Part shown: one piece after another, positions 40,806-54,667 of the stretch
Layout of the letters: each line of letters begins with the position of its first letter
Position numbering within the stretch: position 1 is the first letter of the stretch
DNA from: Octopus vulgaris
Taxonomy: Eukaryota
NCBI GenBank assembly: GCA_951406725.2
Contig: OX597815.1
Location: 77,934,001-77,998,000, forward strand
Length of the DNA stretch: 64,000 nt
Reading direction: 5' to 3'
Position numbers and translations under genes: made by a program
Notes under the pieces: model-generated
Told to the model about the DNA's origin: nothing
What the model saw: only the letters and a program-made list of their open reading frames with translations
Database searches by the model: none

Positions 40806-42508
40806 GTGGAGATAGTGAGGATAGTGGGATGGTGGTAAAGGTGATGATTGCAGTGGTGGTAGTGATGGTAATGATGATGGTGATGGTGGTGATGATGATG
40901 ATGATGACTGTGTAGTGGTGGTGATGATCATGATGATGATGGTATTGGTGGCAGCCATCATAGTGGCAGTTACAGCAGCACTGGTGGTGGTTGTGTGGTC
41001 ACAGCAACGCTAGTGGTGATGACAGTGGTGACGGCACTGGTGGTAGTAGTGGTGGTTTCTGTGGTGGTGATGATAATATAAACCTCTGGAGTCAATAATG
41101 ATAACTGTCTATCAAAGAATTTTATGATGAATGAAAAGTCAAGGAGAAAAACAGACATTTAATGTCTGACTTAATTTATCACACTCATGTGAGATAAACA
41201 AGTCTATATGATATATATATATATATATGTCCCTCCTAGCAATACTTTTGAAGCATGAAATATCAATTTATACTAAGCTACAGTGGTTAAATTTCATTTT
41301 GTAATTTGTGAAATGGTCCTGTGTCCAAGTAAATAATATTCTGTTTTACTTGTTTCAGTCAGTGAACTGTGGCCATACTGGGGCATCATCTTGAAAGATT
41401 TTAGATGAACAAATCAGCCCCTGTACTTAGTATTTTTTTTAAAGTCTGATACATAATCAACCACTTTTGCCAAACTATTAAGTTACAAGGATGTAAACAG
41501 ACCAACGCTAGTTGTCAAGTAGTGGTTGGGTGACAAACACAAACATAAAAACATGCACACATTCTCTCTCTTTGTCTCTCCTCCACACACACACATGCAC
41601 ACATCAGGACGCACACACACACACACACACACATCAGGCTTCCATCTACCAAATTCACTCACTTGGTTGGCCTGGTATTGAACCAAAAACCACTTGATTG
41701 CTAAGCAAGCTGCTTAATCACACAGTCATACCAGCTAGTGCTTCCAAAACTTGTTTCCCCTTTTTCTATCCTATTGAAAGATCTTTGTCCAAAACCTCAA
41801 ACACATTCTCTCTATTTCTTCCTTGCTACAATCAATCAGGTAGTTAAGAAGTTTGCTTTAGGATGCATGGCATCTTGATCAAGTGTCCTCTACTAAGTTC
41901 TGAGCTGAACAAAGCCTTGTGAGTGGATTTGGTAGACAAGAAACTGAAAAGACCCATTGCATCTGTGTATGTGCATGAGCATATATATTTGTGTTTCCTT
42001 GTCTTGACATCATGTAATGGTTGTAAGCAAGTGTCACCATAATGCAAGCAGTGTCCTTTGTTTCCAATCTTCAGTGAAAACATGTCTGGCTATAGGGGGA
42101 AATATTACCTTGCTTGTAAAACAGGTGAGGATTGACACAACAGGAAGGGCACAGGTCATAGCAAAAAAAGAAAAAACTGCTTCAACCAAATTCCATCTAA
42201 CCCTTAAAAGCATGGAAAAGAGGAAGTAAAGACAATGTTGGTGTTGGTGGTGCTGCTACTGATGGTTGATGACAATGCCAATGCCATCACCACCTCCTCC
42301 TCTCCCTCTATGTATGTGTATATTTCTGCTCATGCATGTGTGAGAATTTGCCTCTAATGCCAAAACATTTCATCTCTCTCTGTGTCTATGTGTGTCAGAA
42401 TATTTCTCTTTATGTGTATGAGCAGAAAGGAAGGTGTTTATGTCAATTGTGTTCAATAAATAAATTGTCTTTCACTATCTCCAATTTCTTTCTCTCCCTC
42501 CTTCCCTC

Positions 42509-42540
<32 letters not shown>

Positions 42541-42760
42541 CCTCTCTCTCTCTCTATATATATATATATAATGTCTCTCTCTCTCTCTCTCACTCTTTGT
42601 ATATTTCTGCATATGTGTGCAAGTTTGCCTCCAGCACCAAAATATATTGTTGCCAAAACATTTTCCATGTCCAGTCAGCTGTACCAAGTCATCTGTGTCC
42701 AAATAGACCCAGCAGTGTCGTTCCAGTGTAAGGAAAAACAAGACAGAATTCACAATTTAA

Positions 42761-43846
42761 CCCTTTCGTTACTATATTTCTGACCAAAATACACCCCTTA
42801 TGTGTTTCAATTAATTTCTAACATAATCATAAATTTAGTCTGGTTTCATTAAACAACTATAACTTTTTTATTTATCAATATATTAATGTGATTTTTGGAA
42901 GATAATTTAATGAAATGTTCTCAACCAATCCTATACTATAATTTTTGTCACAAAGTGACTCTAATTGCAGGTAGATACAGGTAAATTCAACAAAATATAA
43001 AATTATTAAAATTTTTGTTCAAACATCGCTACAGAAAATGGGTTATTAGCTAATATTCAATTGAGTATACAACAAAATTTTACTATAGAATTTGTTATTC
43101 TGGGTAACTTTCTGATACCCATAATAATATTTATGGCAAAATAGGCCTTAATTTCTTAAGGTTGTGTGAAACCACAAACTATCCTTTCTTTCGCTTTGTT
43201 TACATTTAGCGTAACGGTTCATTTCCACCGTAATGATTTCAAATAGGCTCATTCAAAAAAGTAAATAGAAAAAGTCTAAGGCTTTACTCTCCTGGGAAAG
43301 ACTGTGGCTTGGTCCAGTTTCTTCAGAAAAATCACCGAAAGAAACAGTTTTTAAATTTTCACTCCATTCAGGTGCCAATTTATTTTCTTTATCGCTGTCA
43401 GAGCTCTCGGATTCACTGTTTTCACTTTCGGAAAATGAAACATCGGATTCATTATCAAATACCTCGTGCTTTTTTTTTTCAGTCATAGAGTTAGATTTAT
43501 GAAGATCTTCAGTAGAAAATCCTTCGAATTCTGACTCGCTGCTTGATATAATGAAATTCGTATCCATTTTTTGTCAGAATTACAAATTTTGAAAACACAA
43601 TAGGAACAAATTTCGGAAAAAATCTCCCAAAATTCGCGGAATTAAAATTACACTTCCATCATTATACAGAACTGTAGATGAACTGTTTACAAAGTATAAT
43701 CACATGTTTTCACGAATGTACTAAAGAGATTTGCTCTGATATTCTCATTTAAATATGAATAGGTAAATACGGGAGGGTTTGGGCGGTTTGGTCACATTAA
43801 CCAAAATTTTTTTCTGGCGGCTTTGGGCGGTTTGGTAACGAGAGAA
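42761..43846 (-). mobile_element. Internally deleted piggyBac element retaining the transposase N-terminus
   Basis: TTAA(42757-42760)+ccctttcgttac terminus; degenerate opposite end gtaacgagagaa; duplicated subterminal tttgggcggtttggt; ORF 43253-43567 with SESEFEGF, acidic tract and W..F....GP..ALDFFYLLF typical of piggyBac N-termini. Confidence 0.85.
43253..43567 (-). pseudogene. Truncated piggyBac transposase (104 aa, no DDD core)
   Basis: ATG-initiated ORF that stops right after LDFFYLLF, where the catalytic domain would begin. Confidence 0.8.
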
Positions 43847-44378
43847 ACTGGAGTCATTGTTGTAGTGGTAGAAGGGACAGAGGGGAGATATAGTCCATCT
43901 ATGTTTATAATCATAATATGTTTATGTGTGAAGGATTAATTATTTTCAGCAAAATATAGTCTAGACTGGCTCCTGCATGTGAACTAGCACTTCTATTTAC
44001 TGTGATATTAATTTATTTCTAACATAAATTTATCCTCTTTCTGATTAGTAATGTAACTATTTTCTTTTCAAAGTAAATCGTAGAAAGTGAGTGTTTAGTA
44101 TTCTGTTAAATTCTCTTATTTAGACTTCAGAGAAAAGTCATATGTTTGATCTGGATTGGTGTTGCTATAGGAACTAATCTTACATTGGATCAGCAAAACT
44201 AAACAGATATCAGTTAATAATTTTTGTTACTATGGGGATTAATCAGAGCTTCAGACTCACTTGACCTGAAGTATGATTGTGTCTCTGACATGGACACTCT
44301 TCCTTCCACACCTGTTTGCTGTTACTTCTAATCACATAGGTTCCTATTTTAAAAATGATATCGCTTTTAATTCTCCTT

Positions 44379-44520
44379 AACCTTTTTGCTACTATATTTC
44401 TGTTGAAATACACTAATTTTGAAAATAATGAAGAATTTAAGAATTTGGTGAAGCAGCTATACTTATTGAGCTGGTGTGAGAGATTATACATTAACATGAA
44501 ATCTTGATAAAGCATTAAAA
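44379..44520 (+). mobile_element. Short piggyBac-derived MITE fragment (relatives at ~34057-34140 and ~1600-1791 minus)
   Basis: ttaa-cctttttgctactatatttctgttgaaatacac resembles the 42761 terminus ccctttcgttactatatttctg. Confidence 0.55.
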
Positions 44521-45447
44521 CTTATGTCACTTTGAAATGAGAAATTTCACAAGCAAGCCATTCTGTTAATCCTCATCAACTGGAGCCCTCATTGTTATAA
44601 CTGATGGAGAGTCAGTTTCTAGCAGTGTCCTCTCTCATTTTTTTTTTTTGGTATTTTTTGTATTTTGTTAGTTTCAAGTTTGCAAAGCTCTTAGGAGATG
44701 TAATATATTTGGAAATGAAGACCAGTTGGAGACTGATATCATGTATGTAGATCTGTAGTTGGTGGTTGATTAGGATAACAAAAGTCTTAGCTTAAGGATA
44801 AGGAGATTTTTAAGTTTTAAGTTTTATTTATAGTTGACTCATTACTTTACAAGTTTTTGATAGAACGATAATTAATTTCTAATGGAATAAGTTACTTAAC
44901 ATTTCTAGGATGTGTGATACATAGGTGTCATCTTCTCTGAAGTACATATCAGAGAGAAAAAGTGGAGAAGGAGAGAGGAAGAGTAGGATTAAATGGCGCC
45001 AGACACAAAGACAAGGTTTCATACTGGGACATCTTTTGAATGATTCCACTTAACAATAACCTGCCTGAAAATATGTCAACACACTTGAAAACTTAAGTAT
45101 TTGGCCAAGTCATTATTCAGTGACTTTTGTGCAATGTGAACTCATGACATAAAGGCATAAAAGTCCAGCGTATTATTCAACTGATTCATTAAACCACTTT
45201 TGATAAAACACTTCTAAGTCGTCAATAAATATTGTTCTTTATGCAAGTGTGGCTGTATGGTTATGAAGTTTGTTTTGCAACCATAAAGTTTCTGGTTTGA
45301 TCCCATTAAATGGTACCTTGACCAAATGTCTTCTGCTATAATCTGAAATTGACCAATGACTTGATAACTTTTGGGTGGTACTTGGTAAATGGAAACTGTG
45401 TGGAAGCCCATTGTATGTATGTATATGTGTGTATATATATATACTGT

Positions 45448-45730
45448 GAGGGTGTATGGCCTAGTGGTTAGGGTGTTGTGCTCATAATCACACGATCATG
45501 GTTTCAGTGTCTGCACTGGGTAGTACATTATGCTCTTGAGCAAAACACTTCATCTCCTGTTAAGCTGCAATCACTACAACAACTGACATGTGATACACCA
45601 TGTACCTGTTCAGGTAACATCGATTTGGTGGAGGGAGTGAGCAAATGTACAGCAGAAACATTTGATCATTATAAACAAATCATTTGTGTAGGGTGTTCAG
45701 CAAGAAATTGCAGAACCATTTTTCTCTGAC
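45448..45730 (+). mobile_element. Family-D SINE
   Basis: tggcctagtggttagggtgttg head and cttgagcaaaacacttcat core. Confidence 0.65.
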
Positions 45731-45747
45731 TTCAAGAGATTACTATC

Positions 45748-45788
<41 letters not shown>

Positions 45789-46269
45789 CGTGTATGTATG
45801 TATGTATGTATGTATATATATGTGTGTGTGTGTGTGCATGTATGTATGTATGTAGGTAGGTAGGTAGGTAGGTAGGTAGGTTGGTACGTATGTACGTACG
45901 TATATATGTAGTGAAAGTCGACCCATAACCAAGTAAAACCACTTCATAAACCCATCCAACCCATTTGAACATGGAAAATTGGACATTAAAATTATGGAAC
46001 ATTCAGTCAAAGGTTTTCTGTATCAATATTGACCTGGAGCTAAACAACAATAATCTCTGGGTAAAACACACAATGCTCATCATTCTGGTTTACCTTACCA
46101 ACATATCAGGCTACATTTCCCACTTCACACTCCAGTGGTTAATGGCTGTAATGTTATCCAACCGTAAAATCAATTGCTCTAGCAAAAGTCATTCTGTCCT
46201 TGTTGTCACATAGAAATTAGATTTAAAAATAAAGAAACCAGATATTTACAATATCATTAGTTGGACCTA

Positions 46270-46720
46270 TCATCATCATCATCATTTAGTGTCTGTTTTC
46301 CATGCTAGCATGGGTAAGATGGTTTGACTGGAGCTGGTAAGCTAGAGAGCTGCACCAGGCTCCGGACTCTTTTAGCTTGGTTTCTATGGCTAGATGCCCT
46401 TCTTAATGCCAACCACTCCACAGAGGTGCCTTTTATGCATCACCAGCATAGGTGCTTTTACATCTCACTGGCACAGATGCCTTTTTATGTGTCACCAGCA
46501 TGGGTGCCTTCTTATGTATTACTAGCACAGGTGCTTTTTTATGTGTCACCAGCAGAGGTGCCTTTTTTATGTATCACTGGCACAAGTGCCTTCTATGTGT
46601 CGCCAGCACAGGTGAATTTTACATGTTGTAGGCACTTGCCATGACAATAATTTCACTTAGCTTGATGTGTCTTCTTAAGCACAACAAATAGCCAGAGGTC
46701 TTGGACACTTGTTATCACCT
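46270..46720 (-). mobile_element. Family-C element with internal ~28-bp minisatellite
   Basis: (CAT)n tail; about seven units of ttttatgtgtcaccagcacaggtgc at 46425-46620. Confidence 0.7.
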
Positions 46721-48606
46721 CGATATTTTTTATCTTATTTCAGTTGCTGGACTGTAGCTATGCTGGGGCACCACCTTGAAGGGTTTTGTTGAAGCAAACT
46801 GACCCCAATTTTTTAAGTCAAGTACTTATTCTGTCTCTTTTGCCAAACTACTAAATTACAAGAACATAAACTAGAACCAGTAGTCAATGTGTGTGTGTGT
46901 GTGTGTGTTTGTATGCCTGTGTTTTATGCTTGTTTGTTTCTCACCACTCCTTGACTACTGGTGCTAGTTTATTTATGTTCTTGCCACTTAGCAGTTCGAC
47001 AAAAGAGACAGATAGAATAAGTACCCGACTTGAATATATATATATCCATAATTTAGGGAATGGAGTTGATAAAATCCAGTGAATCCCCAATGAGTTTTCA
47101 CAGGATCCCCTTACGACAATATAACCTTCCTATAATCAAGATATCCTTGGCCTGAAGAGTAGCTTGTGATATACTCCTCGTTTGGATAATTTACTACCTC
47201 TGAGGTTCTGCCAGCTATGAAACATATGTAGCCTGGATTTTATCTACTCCATTCCCTAAATTTTGGGTGTTTATTTCCCTATACAACAACTCATGTTGCT
47301 AACTGTGAACTATAAAATTAACTTTTTTCAGCCTTTCGTCTTCAATACAGGAAAAATTCACAACCCTCTACACCAATAAACCACTATTGTTCCTGAAAGT
47401 TGTTTTTTTTTATATATGCTGTGGCTTACTTGAAGATCACTAACTTCCTACACATTGATCCTTGGATTTTACCTTTACATATTACTATATATTTATATGG
47501 GCTCGTTTTGCAACCATGTGGTTTCAGGATCAGTTTCACTGCACAGCACTTTGCAAAACTGGTTTCTACTACATCCCTAGCCAACCAATGATTTGTGAGT
47601 GAATATGGTAGATGGAAACTGGAATGCTATTGTGTGTGTGTGTGTGTGTGTGCCTTTGTGCCTGTGTTTGTTTTCACTGCTTGACAACCAGTGTTGGTTT
47701 GTTTACATCCCTGTAACTTAGTGGTTCTGCAAAAGAGACCAATAGAATAAGTACCTAACCTAAAAATATATATATAGATATATAAGTACTGATGTCAATT
47801 TGTCCATCTAAAAGCCTTCAAGCTCGTGCCCCAACATGACTTATGAATAAACTGTGTAAAAGAAATTTTTCCTTATCATCTTTAAAAAAAAATGGATACA
47901 TTGTATAATGCAACCCTATCTAAAGTATGCCTTAGAAAAAGATGGGATGGCCATACCTGGAATGTCTCATCATTGATTGGCATGTTCTATCAGGGATGAC
48001 CTGGGTTTAAGCAACAGCAACAAATAAAATAAAAACAATTAGTTGAAGATATATTTTGATATTTTCATACTTTCCCAATAAAGAAGAAATATTTCATCAT
48101 CAACATCATTTGATATCCATTATTCCATGCTGGCATGGGTTGGACAGTTTAATTGGATTTGACTAGCTTGAGGGCTGTGTTGGTCTCCAGTGACTGTTTT
48201 GTTATGGTTTCTATGGCTGGATACCCTTCTTATTGCCAACAACTTTATAGAGTGTACTGGATGCATTTTTTTTTTTCTGGAACCAACAATAATGGGGTCA
48301 CCAAGTAACTCACAAGAGTTTCAGGCATAAGAATTTTGCTGCCAATCAACCAAGTGTCTCCTTATTGTCTAGTGATGTCAAAATTACATGGATGTTTATA
48401 ACATTTTATGGCAAATTCAATGATTCTATATGAGTAACAAGTACATTAATAATTTTCTTTACAATTTGTGGCATTCAACATATTGTATTCATTCAAGATG
48501 AAAGTTCCCAGACTATATTGTTGTTTTAAATAAAGAAATTGATTGCGTGACTCATCTGAGAATAATATTTAATATTTTTTTCATATCTTTAATTATTTTC
48601 TTGCAG

Positions 48607-48711
48607 ATGATGAACACCAAAAAATGGCTTGGTCTGAAGTCTGGAGACAAAAATTTTCGCCAACAATTAGATGGAATATTTCAAAATGATAAAAAGCCAA
48701 AGAAACCAAAA
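48607..48711 (+). CDS. Coding exon (likely first coding exon) of an uncharacterised gene: MMNTKKWLGLKSGDKNFRQQLDGIFQNDKKPKKPK
   Basis: Polypyrimidine acceptor ttttcttgcag directly before ATG; GT donor at 48712; 105 nt, phase 0, in frame with the next exon. Confidence 0.7.
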
Positions 48712-48892
48712 GTAAAATTCCAGTTTTAAATTTTTGCCATTTCTTATTTCCTAACATTTTTATTTTCTGAAATTTATACTAAATCAATTTTATTAATTAA
48801 AATTCTATCCTTAATTTTTTCTCCTTTCTGTTCATCTTCTAGTCATCTCTATTTCATATTAATTTAATTAATTTTTCTTTATTTTATTTTAG

Positions 48893-51202
48893 ACAAGGAA
48901 GAAATCTGATGCTGATTCGTTATCTGAACAAGAGGATGATCAAAATGTTGAATCAACTGATCAATTATCAGAATGTGGGAAGGAAAATTCAGTGATTCAA
49001 TCCCCTTTATCTAAAAAGACTCATACTTTACCTCGTTCCTTCTCTTGTGATGAGCGCCAGCCTCCAAGACATCAACAGAACAGTACTCGACAGCGAACAG
49101 AGATTAACAACAATGTCCACCGACGAACTTGTCGTTACCTTTCTGATTCTTCGGTTCCACCACGTTCTACTACAACTGGGATACAACGCCAGCTCTCACA
49201 ACATACAAGTCGGAAGGTAACCAGATCACCAGTTTCAACAACTAAAAGACTTACCAAAAGTCAGCATAATCTTTCACAAAATATCGATTATGCAAATCGC
49301 TCCCAGAGTCTTGGGGATCTGACAAGTGAGCCCAGGCTATCATTACCCAACAGTTCACAGAAATCTCATGAGCCTGCTTCCACAAGGCTTTCCTCTGCAT
49401 CTTCCAGCCGAACTTTAACAAGCACTTTAAGTAGGACCACTTCTCGATTAACGGCACAAAAGACAGCAAGTGGCCTCTATTCCCATCGACTTGATAAAAC
49501 TAAATCACTTCAAGATTCTCAGTCTCATAGTTTAGACACACTAAATAGTTGTAAAAAAACACAATCATCTGATACTTTGCATCGCAATCTATCTAAGTCA
49601 TCATTACAATATTCCAGCCGACCCGTATCACATATGATTCATGACAATCAGCATCCACACTCCTCGACATCACACTTAAAACAACAAAGTCCTCAGGTAC
49701 ATATACAAAAACATGAAGCACCTCTACAGAAAACTGTATCAGATGGTCAACAACGTTATAGAAGTACAAAAGTTTTCCACCCACAGAATGCATCCCTATC
49801 TAGACAAATCAATAAAATTTCGAAAGCCAATTCTGTCCCACAACAAGAAAGTCACAATCTTTACAATGACCCACCAAAACCAGTGACTCAAATCCATACA
49901 TTTTCTAAAAGTAATGTTCTTGATCAACATCGAAAATATGGAAGTACTGATTCTATTAACAAACTTAAACCTAGAAGGAGTTTACCACGTGTTCCCAGTC
50001 AAAGTATAGATGAAAAACGCCGTAAGTTCACAGAATTGATGAAGCAGCGAATTTTATTGTGTAGTGCTGGAAGTTCAAACAATAGCCAGCATGCTGATAC
50101 ACCTTTAGACTATGAAGTCTCTTCTCTCCTCTCTCTAAATGACATTGATACTGATGATAACTGCTCAGATAAACTAAAATTTAAACCTATTGAAAGTGCT
50201 GCAGATGTTTGGAAGTTCCGAAGTTTACAAGATCTTTCAGTTGAAACTAATCTTCATCAGAGCCAACCTCCAGTTGAATGGAAACAAGTTGTGCCTGTGG
50301 TCTGTGTTGAGAACTCTGACAGTAATCTTACAAGCCAGATAAATGCTCGTTCTCACAGCAGCACTGTAGATTCTGGCTATAGTACTATTGACACAGAAAT
50401 TGAGCCATCTCATTCTTCAAGTAAACTCAAAGCACCTGGCTACTACAAACCAGAATTTGACAAAAGGCTAGTGAAAACTAAAGAATATGGCTCAGTTGAT
50501 TGCTTGAAAGCAAACACACTTTCAACAAGTAAAAGCTACCTCTACCAACATTCTCTGAAATCGAAGCATGAGCAAGAATATTCAACTCTTTTATCTGCAA
50601 AGTCAGCTTCTTTATATAATGGCAGCAAATGGGAACCAAAAAGCCTATCAAGTCAAACACTTTACTCTAGGTCTTCCAGAAAGTTAGATAATCCACACAC
50701 AATTCTAGAGACTTCAAAGTCTTTTTCACAAACTATGAGTCCTAGGAAAACTAACATTACTACTACTAATAGTATCAATTCTATATCAAGTCCCACTCAG
50801 TCTGGAAGCAAGTCTCCAGTAACCCCAACTCCTGATTCTGTGCCAAATGCTAGTCTTTATCAGTTGATACAAATGTATAACCTTTATCCTACTCAAGTGG
50901 ATGTTTACAATCTTTGTATATCAAAGTTTATTTCTCTTGAAAGAAAAACCATACATTTACCTACATCAACTAGCTTTGGGAAATCTAGTCCCTGTAGTAG
51001 TGGAGGGCAGCCGAGTGTACCCCAGGGGAAATATGCTAAACTTGGTGGTCCTGGAAGTGCCTTCCGGCCAGTACGGGGCTGTAGTGCAAGTTTATCTAGC
51101 ATGTGTGAAGTAAGCATGACTGCTATAAGGATTAAATCTGACTGTATATCACCCCCTCCACTAGAATTGTTATCTATTGAAGATGGAGATCTTATTGTAG
51201 AG
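48893..51202 (+). CDS. Giant 2310-nt coding exon (770 aa), Ser/Thr/Gln-rich and probably disordered, ending in a PDZ-like GDLIVE motif; gene continues downstream
   Basis: Stop-free 2.3-kb frame without repeats in an AT-rich region; acceptor ttttattttag at 48892; donor GAG|gtaagt at 51203; extends the supplied 740-aa ORF by 33 codons upstream. Confidence 0.9.
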
Positions 51203-51924
51203 GTAAGTTGTTGATCTATTTTAACTCTAAATGTGTTGTTTGTGTATGCCTTTCATCAGGAATTCCAATTGGTCCTTGAAATATTAGCTCCTCTTATGTC
51301 TTCAGAATTGTATGAAACCTAAGTGAAGAATAGAAACAGTTCAGAAATCTCTCCAAATATATACCCTGAACATTAGCACTGTACCAAAATCCATTATCAC
51401 TGGTGACCCAGCAAGAGTTTATCAAGATTATTTTAAGCTTTGATAGATGTTTTCAATAATAGTATAACAATCTGTCACTTCCTATAATACTTCTATTTTT
51501 ATACAAAGGAATTCAGTTTTAAGTGAGTAAACCACCAAACTATTCACAATTTTCAGTTTGTTTCAATGCATCAACAGATTAAGGGGTGAAGGGAGGGTTA
51601 TTTGCCTGGCAAAATTTTTCTTTTCTTTTATTCTAATGTACTCTGATATCAGAAATGTGGAATATATGAAGTTTGGTACCTAATCCAACCACAAAGGCAA
51701 ATAATCTACTCACAGGCCAATGAATGAAAGAGATAGATAGATAGATAGATAGTTAGATAGATAGAGACTGTATGTGGTCATCTGACATGCTACAAATAGC
51801 AGCCAACTCTCTCCATCATGATCTCACCAACGTTTCAAAAGCCTTCCTTATTCTAATCTTTGCAAAAATCATTTTCCACATTCTAAACTATCCCAAATAT
51901 ACAATTCCTTACTCAACTGGAATC

Positions 51925-52335
51925 TTTATGTCTTTTATCTTTTATTTATTTTAATCATTGACTATAGCCATGCTGGGGCACTACTTTGAGGAACCTTTAG
52001 TTGAACTCATCGACCTCAGAACTTATTGTCTTTTGTAAATTCTGGTACTCATTCTACAGGTATCTTTTGCTGAACTGCTAACGTTACAGGGACATAAACA
52101 CACCAACACCAGTAGTCAGGCAGTGGTGACTGACAGACACATGCACACAAACACACATACACATTTATATACACATGATAGGCTTCTTCCAGTTTCCGCC
52201 TACTAAATCCATTCACCAGGCTTTGGTCAGCCCAAGACTATTGTAGAAGACACTTGCCTAAGATGCCACACAGTAGGATTGAACCTGAAACCATGTGGTT
52301 GGGAAGCAAACTTCTTACTACACAGCTATGACTAT
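51925..52335 (-). mobile_element. Family-B SINE (intronic)
   Basis: Full head-to-tail homology to 4668-5089. Confidence 0.8.
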
Positions 52336-53111
52336 GCCTATAACAACAAATATTTCACAATTCCAACATCTTACTAAAGAAAGGGTAAGATCAGAGTCCT
52401 GGATACTAAGCCTCAAAGGGTGGGACAACAGATGATAAAAAATCAAGGTGGGTAGAGATTTGATGTATGACAGACTTATCCTATTTATGTCAGTATTAAA
52501 AAACAAACAAACGTTAAAATGATGATTATAATGGTCATGGTAGTGGTGACAATGGCGGCAGTCATCATTACCACAGTGATAGTGGTAGTGATGGTCACTA
52601 TCACCATTGTTGTTTGATTACAATAAACTGAAGTTTGCTCAGAAAAAGGAGACCTTCAAATAGTGATTATGATGATCATGGTAGTGGTTGCAGTGGTGGT
52701 GGTGATGATGATGATGATGATGGCAGTGTCAGGGATGGTCATCTTACTCTCATCTTGTGTAGAATAATACAACATACCTAACTAAAAATCTTTGTTCAAT
52801 CTCTTCTCAAAGATAAGCACATTTTAAAACAGGAATCTTAACCACAAAACATTTCACAATGATTACATATGATTTCGTGAACACAATGTCACCTACCACA
52901 CCTGTTTCAACTATTGCCATATTGTGATTAATTGATCTTGAGTCAATTGATGTTGACCAAGGAAAGACTTTAACACACAAACTGTCACAGCCTGTTACTG
53001 GAATTTACCAGTGATGCTACATATTTCCGATCACACTACATACTGTTTAATTACAAAGAAGTGTGATTATTTTGAATATTTACACTATTTAAACTTTAAT
53101 ATTTAGCATAT

Positions 53112-53555
53112 AAGGTGGCAAGCTGGCAGAATCATTAGCAAGCCAGGCAAAATGCTTAGTGGAATTTCATCCGTCTTTACGTTCTGTGTTCAAATTCCAC
53201 TGAGGTAAACTTTGCCTTCTATGCTTTCAGGCTCAATAAAATAAGTACCAGATAAGCACTGGGGTTGATGTAATCAGCTTCCCTCTACCCTGAATGTGCT
53301 GGCCTTGTGCCAAATTTTGAAATTGATATTTAGCACCCACAAGGCAGTAAGCTAGCAGGATCGTTAACACACTGGGCAAAATGCTTAGCAGCATTTTGTC
53401 TGTCTTTACATTCTGAGTTCAAATTCTGCCAAGATCAGCTTAACCTTTCATCCTTTTGGGGTTGGTAAAATAAGTACCAGTTGAGCCCTGGGAGTCATTG
53501 TAATTGACCTACTTCTTTTCTGAAATTTCTAACCTTGTGCCAAAATTTGAAACCA
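53112..53555 (+). mobile_element. Two tandem family-A SINEs
   Basis: Heads aaggtggcaagctggcag (53112) and aaggcagtaagctagcag (53341). Confidence 0.85.
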
Positions 53556-53949
53556 GTTTGTGTTATTTAAATATCCTTGAAACCATGTCAAAGATGCAGA
53601 ATAGAATATTATCTAAAATTATTAAAATGTACAACACCAGTGGCTGTTGTATGAAGTTTGTGATGAACCACTGGTGGTACATGTGGCTGTTAACATGTTA
53701 AGTGAACAACATGATGTATTGTTGCATTAATCAACTTTCACTTAGTTTTGGTGCTATCATCATTATTATCACCATTTTATATTATTTTTTTTTTTTTTGT
53801 TGAGTGATGAGAGAGGGGTCAGGATGCCATGCTGGAATGGACTAGATGAATTTTAGTGTGTACCAGATGATTCTCCATCTTCTGGCATACACAGAAACTT
53901 GGAAAACCATCAATTTTCTTCCTTCTCCTGCTCCACTTCATCTTCACTA

Positions 53950-53983
53950 CCTTCTTCTTCTTCTTCTTCTTCTTCTTCTTCTT

Positions 53984-54048
<65 letters not shown>

Positions 54049-54055
54049 CATTATT
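53950..54055. repeat. (CTT)n(ATT)n compound microsatellite
   Basis: Directly visible. Confidence 0.95.
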
Positions 54056-54593
54056 GAGTAAGAGAACAGTGCATGCCATAAGTGACACTGGGGTAAAATA
54101 TACGAAGACCAGTATACCCATCATGACTACCCGTCTGATAAGGGTACACCAGGCACATGCATCACAACCATATGTGCGCAACAAGGTGATCTCATATCAA
54201 GATTAACAGCGCATGACCTTGCAGGTGGGACCCAGTTAGAATTTTCTTCTGGTCGAGTAGCCCATCCCGCTCGAAAGGTCCCTGAATAAGGATTGTTTAA
54301 GGATGTTGAACGAACCACCCATGTTTCCAAAGGTGAATTATCCAAACCTCTAAGAATTCCTCTCAACACACGGCTATGATGCTCCCCCAGTACTTCTGCT
54401 CGTGATCAGAGATGCACATATCGTCAGCCACTAAGGGACATGGTCAACTGGTTAATGTCAAACAACTGTGGTATTGAGCAGAATATTTGCTGTAGCCCAT
54501 CTTTTATACCAAGACAAAACAATGTACATGATAACACTTCCAATCAGTTAAGATCAGGAGCCATGATAGCCACTGTCTGGTACTGCATCAGGG

Positions 54594-54594
<1 letters not shown>
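54056..54594. mobile_element. Unclassified ~540-bp interspersed element bounded by (ATT)n and (ATC)n
   Basis: GC- and CpG-richer block between trinucleotide arrays; its first bases (gagt.a.gagag....gcatgcc) resemble 53803-53830. Confidence 0.45.

Positions 54595-54665
<71 letters not shown>

Positions 54666-54667
<2 letters not shown>

Noticed and set aside
51203-51214. ORF-track stop at 51214 and start at 48992 as true gene ends
   Set aside because: A strong donor GAG|gtaagt precedes the stop and the frame is open upstream to the acceptor at 48892
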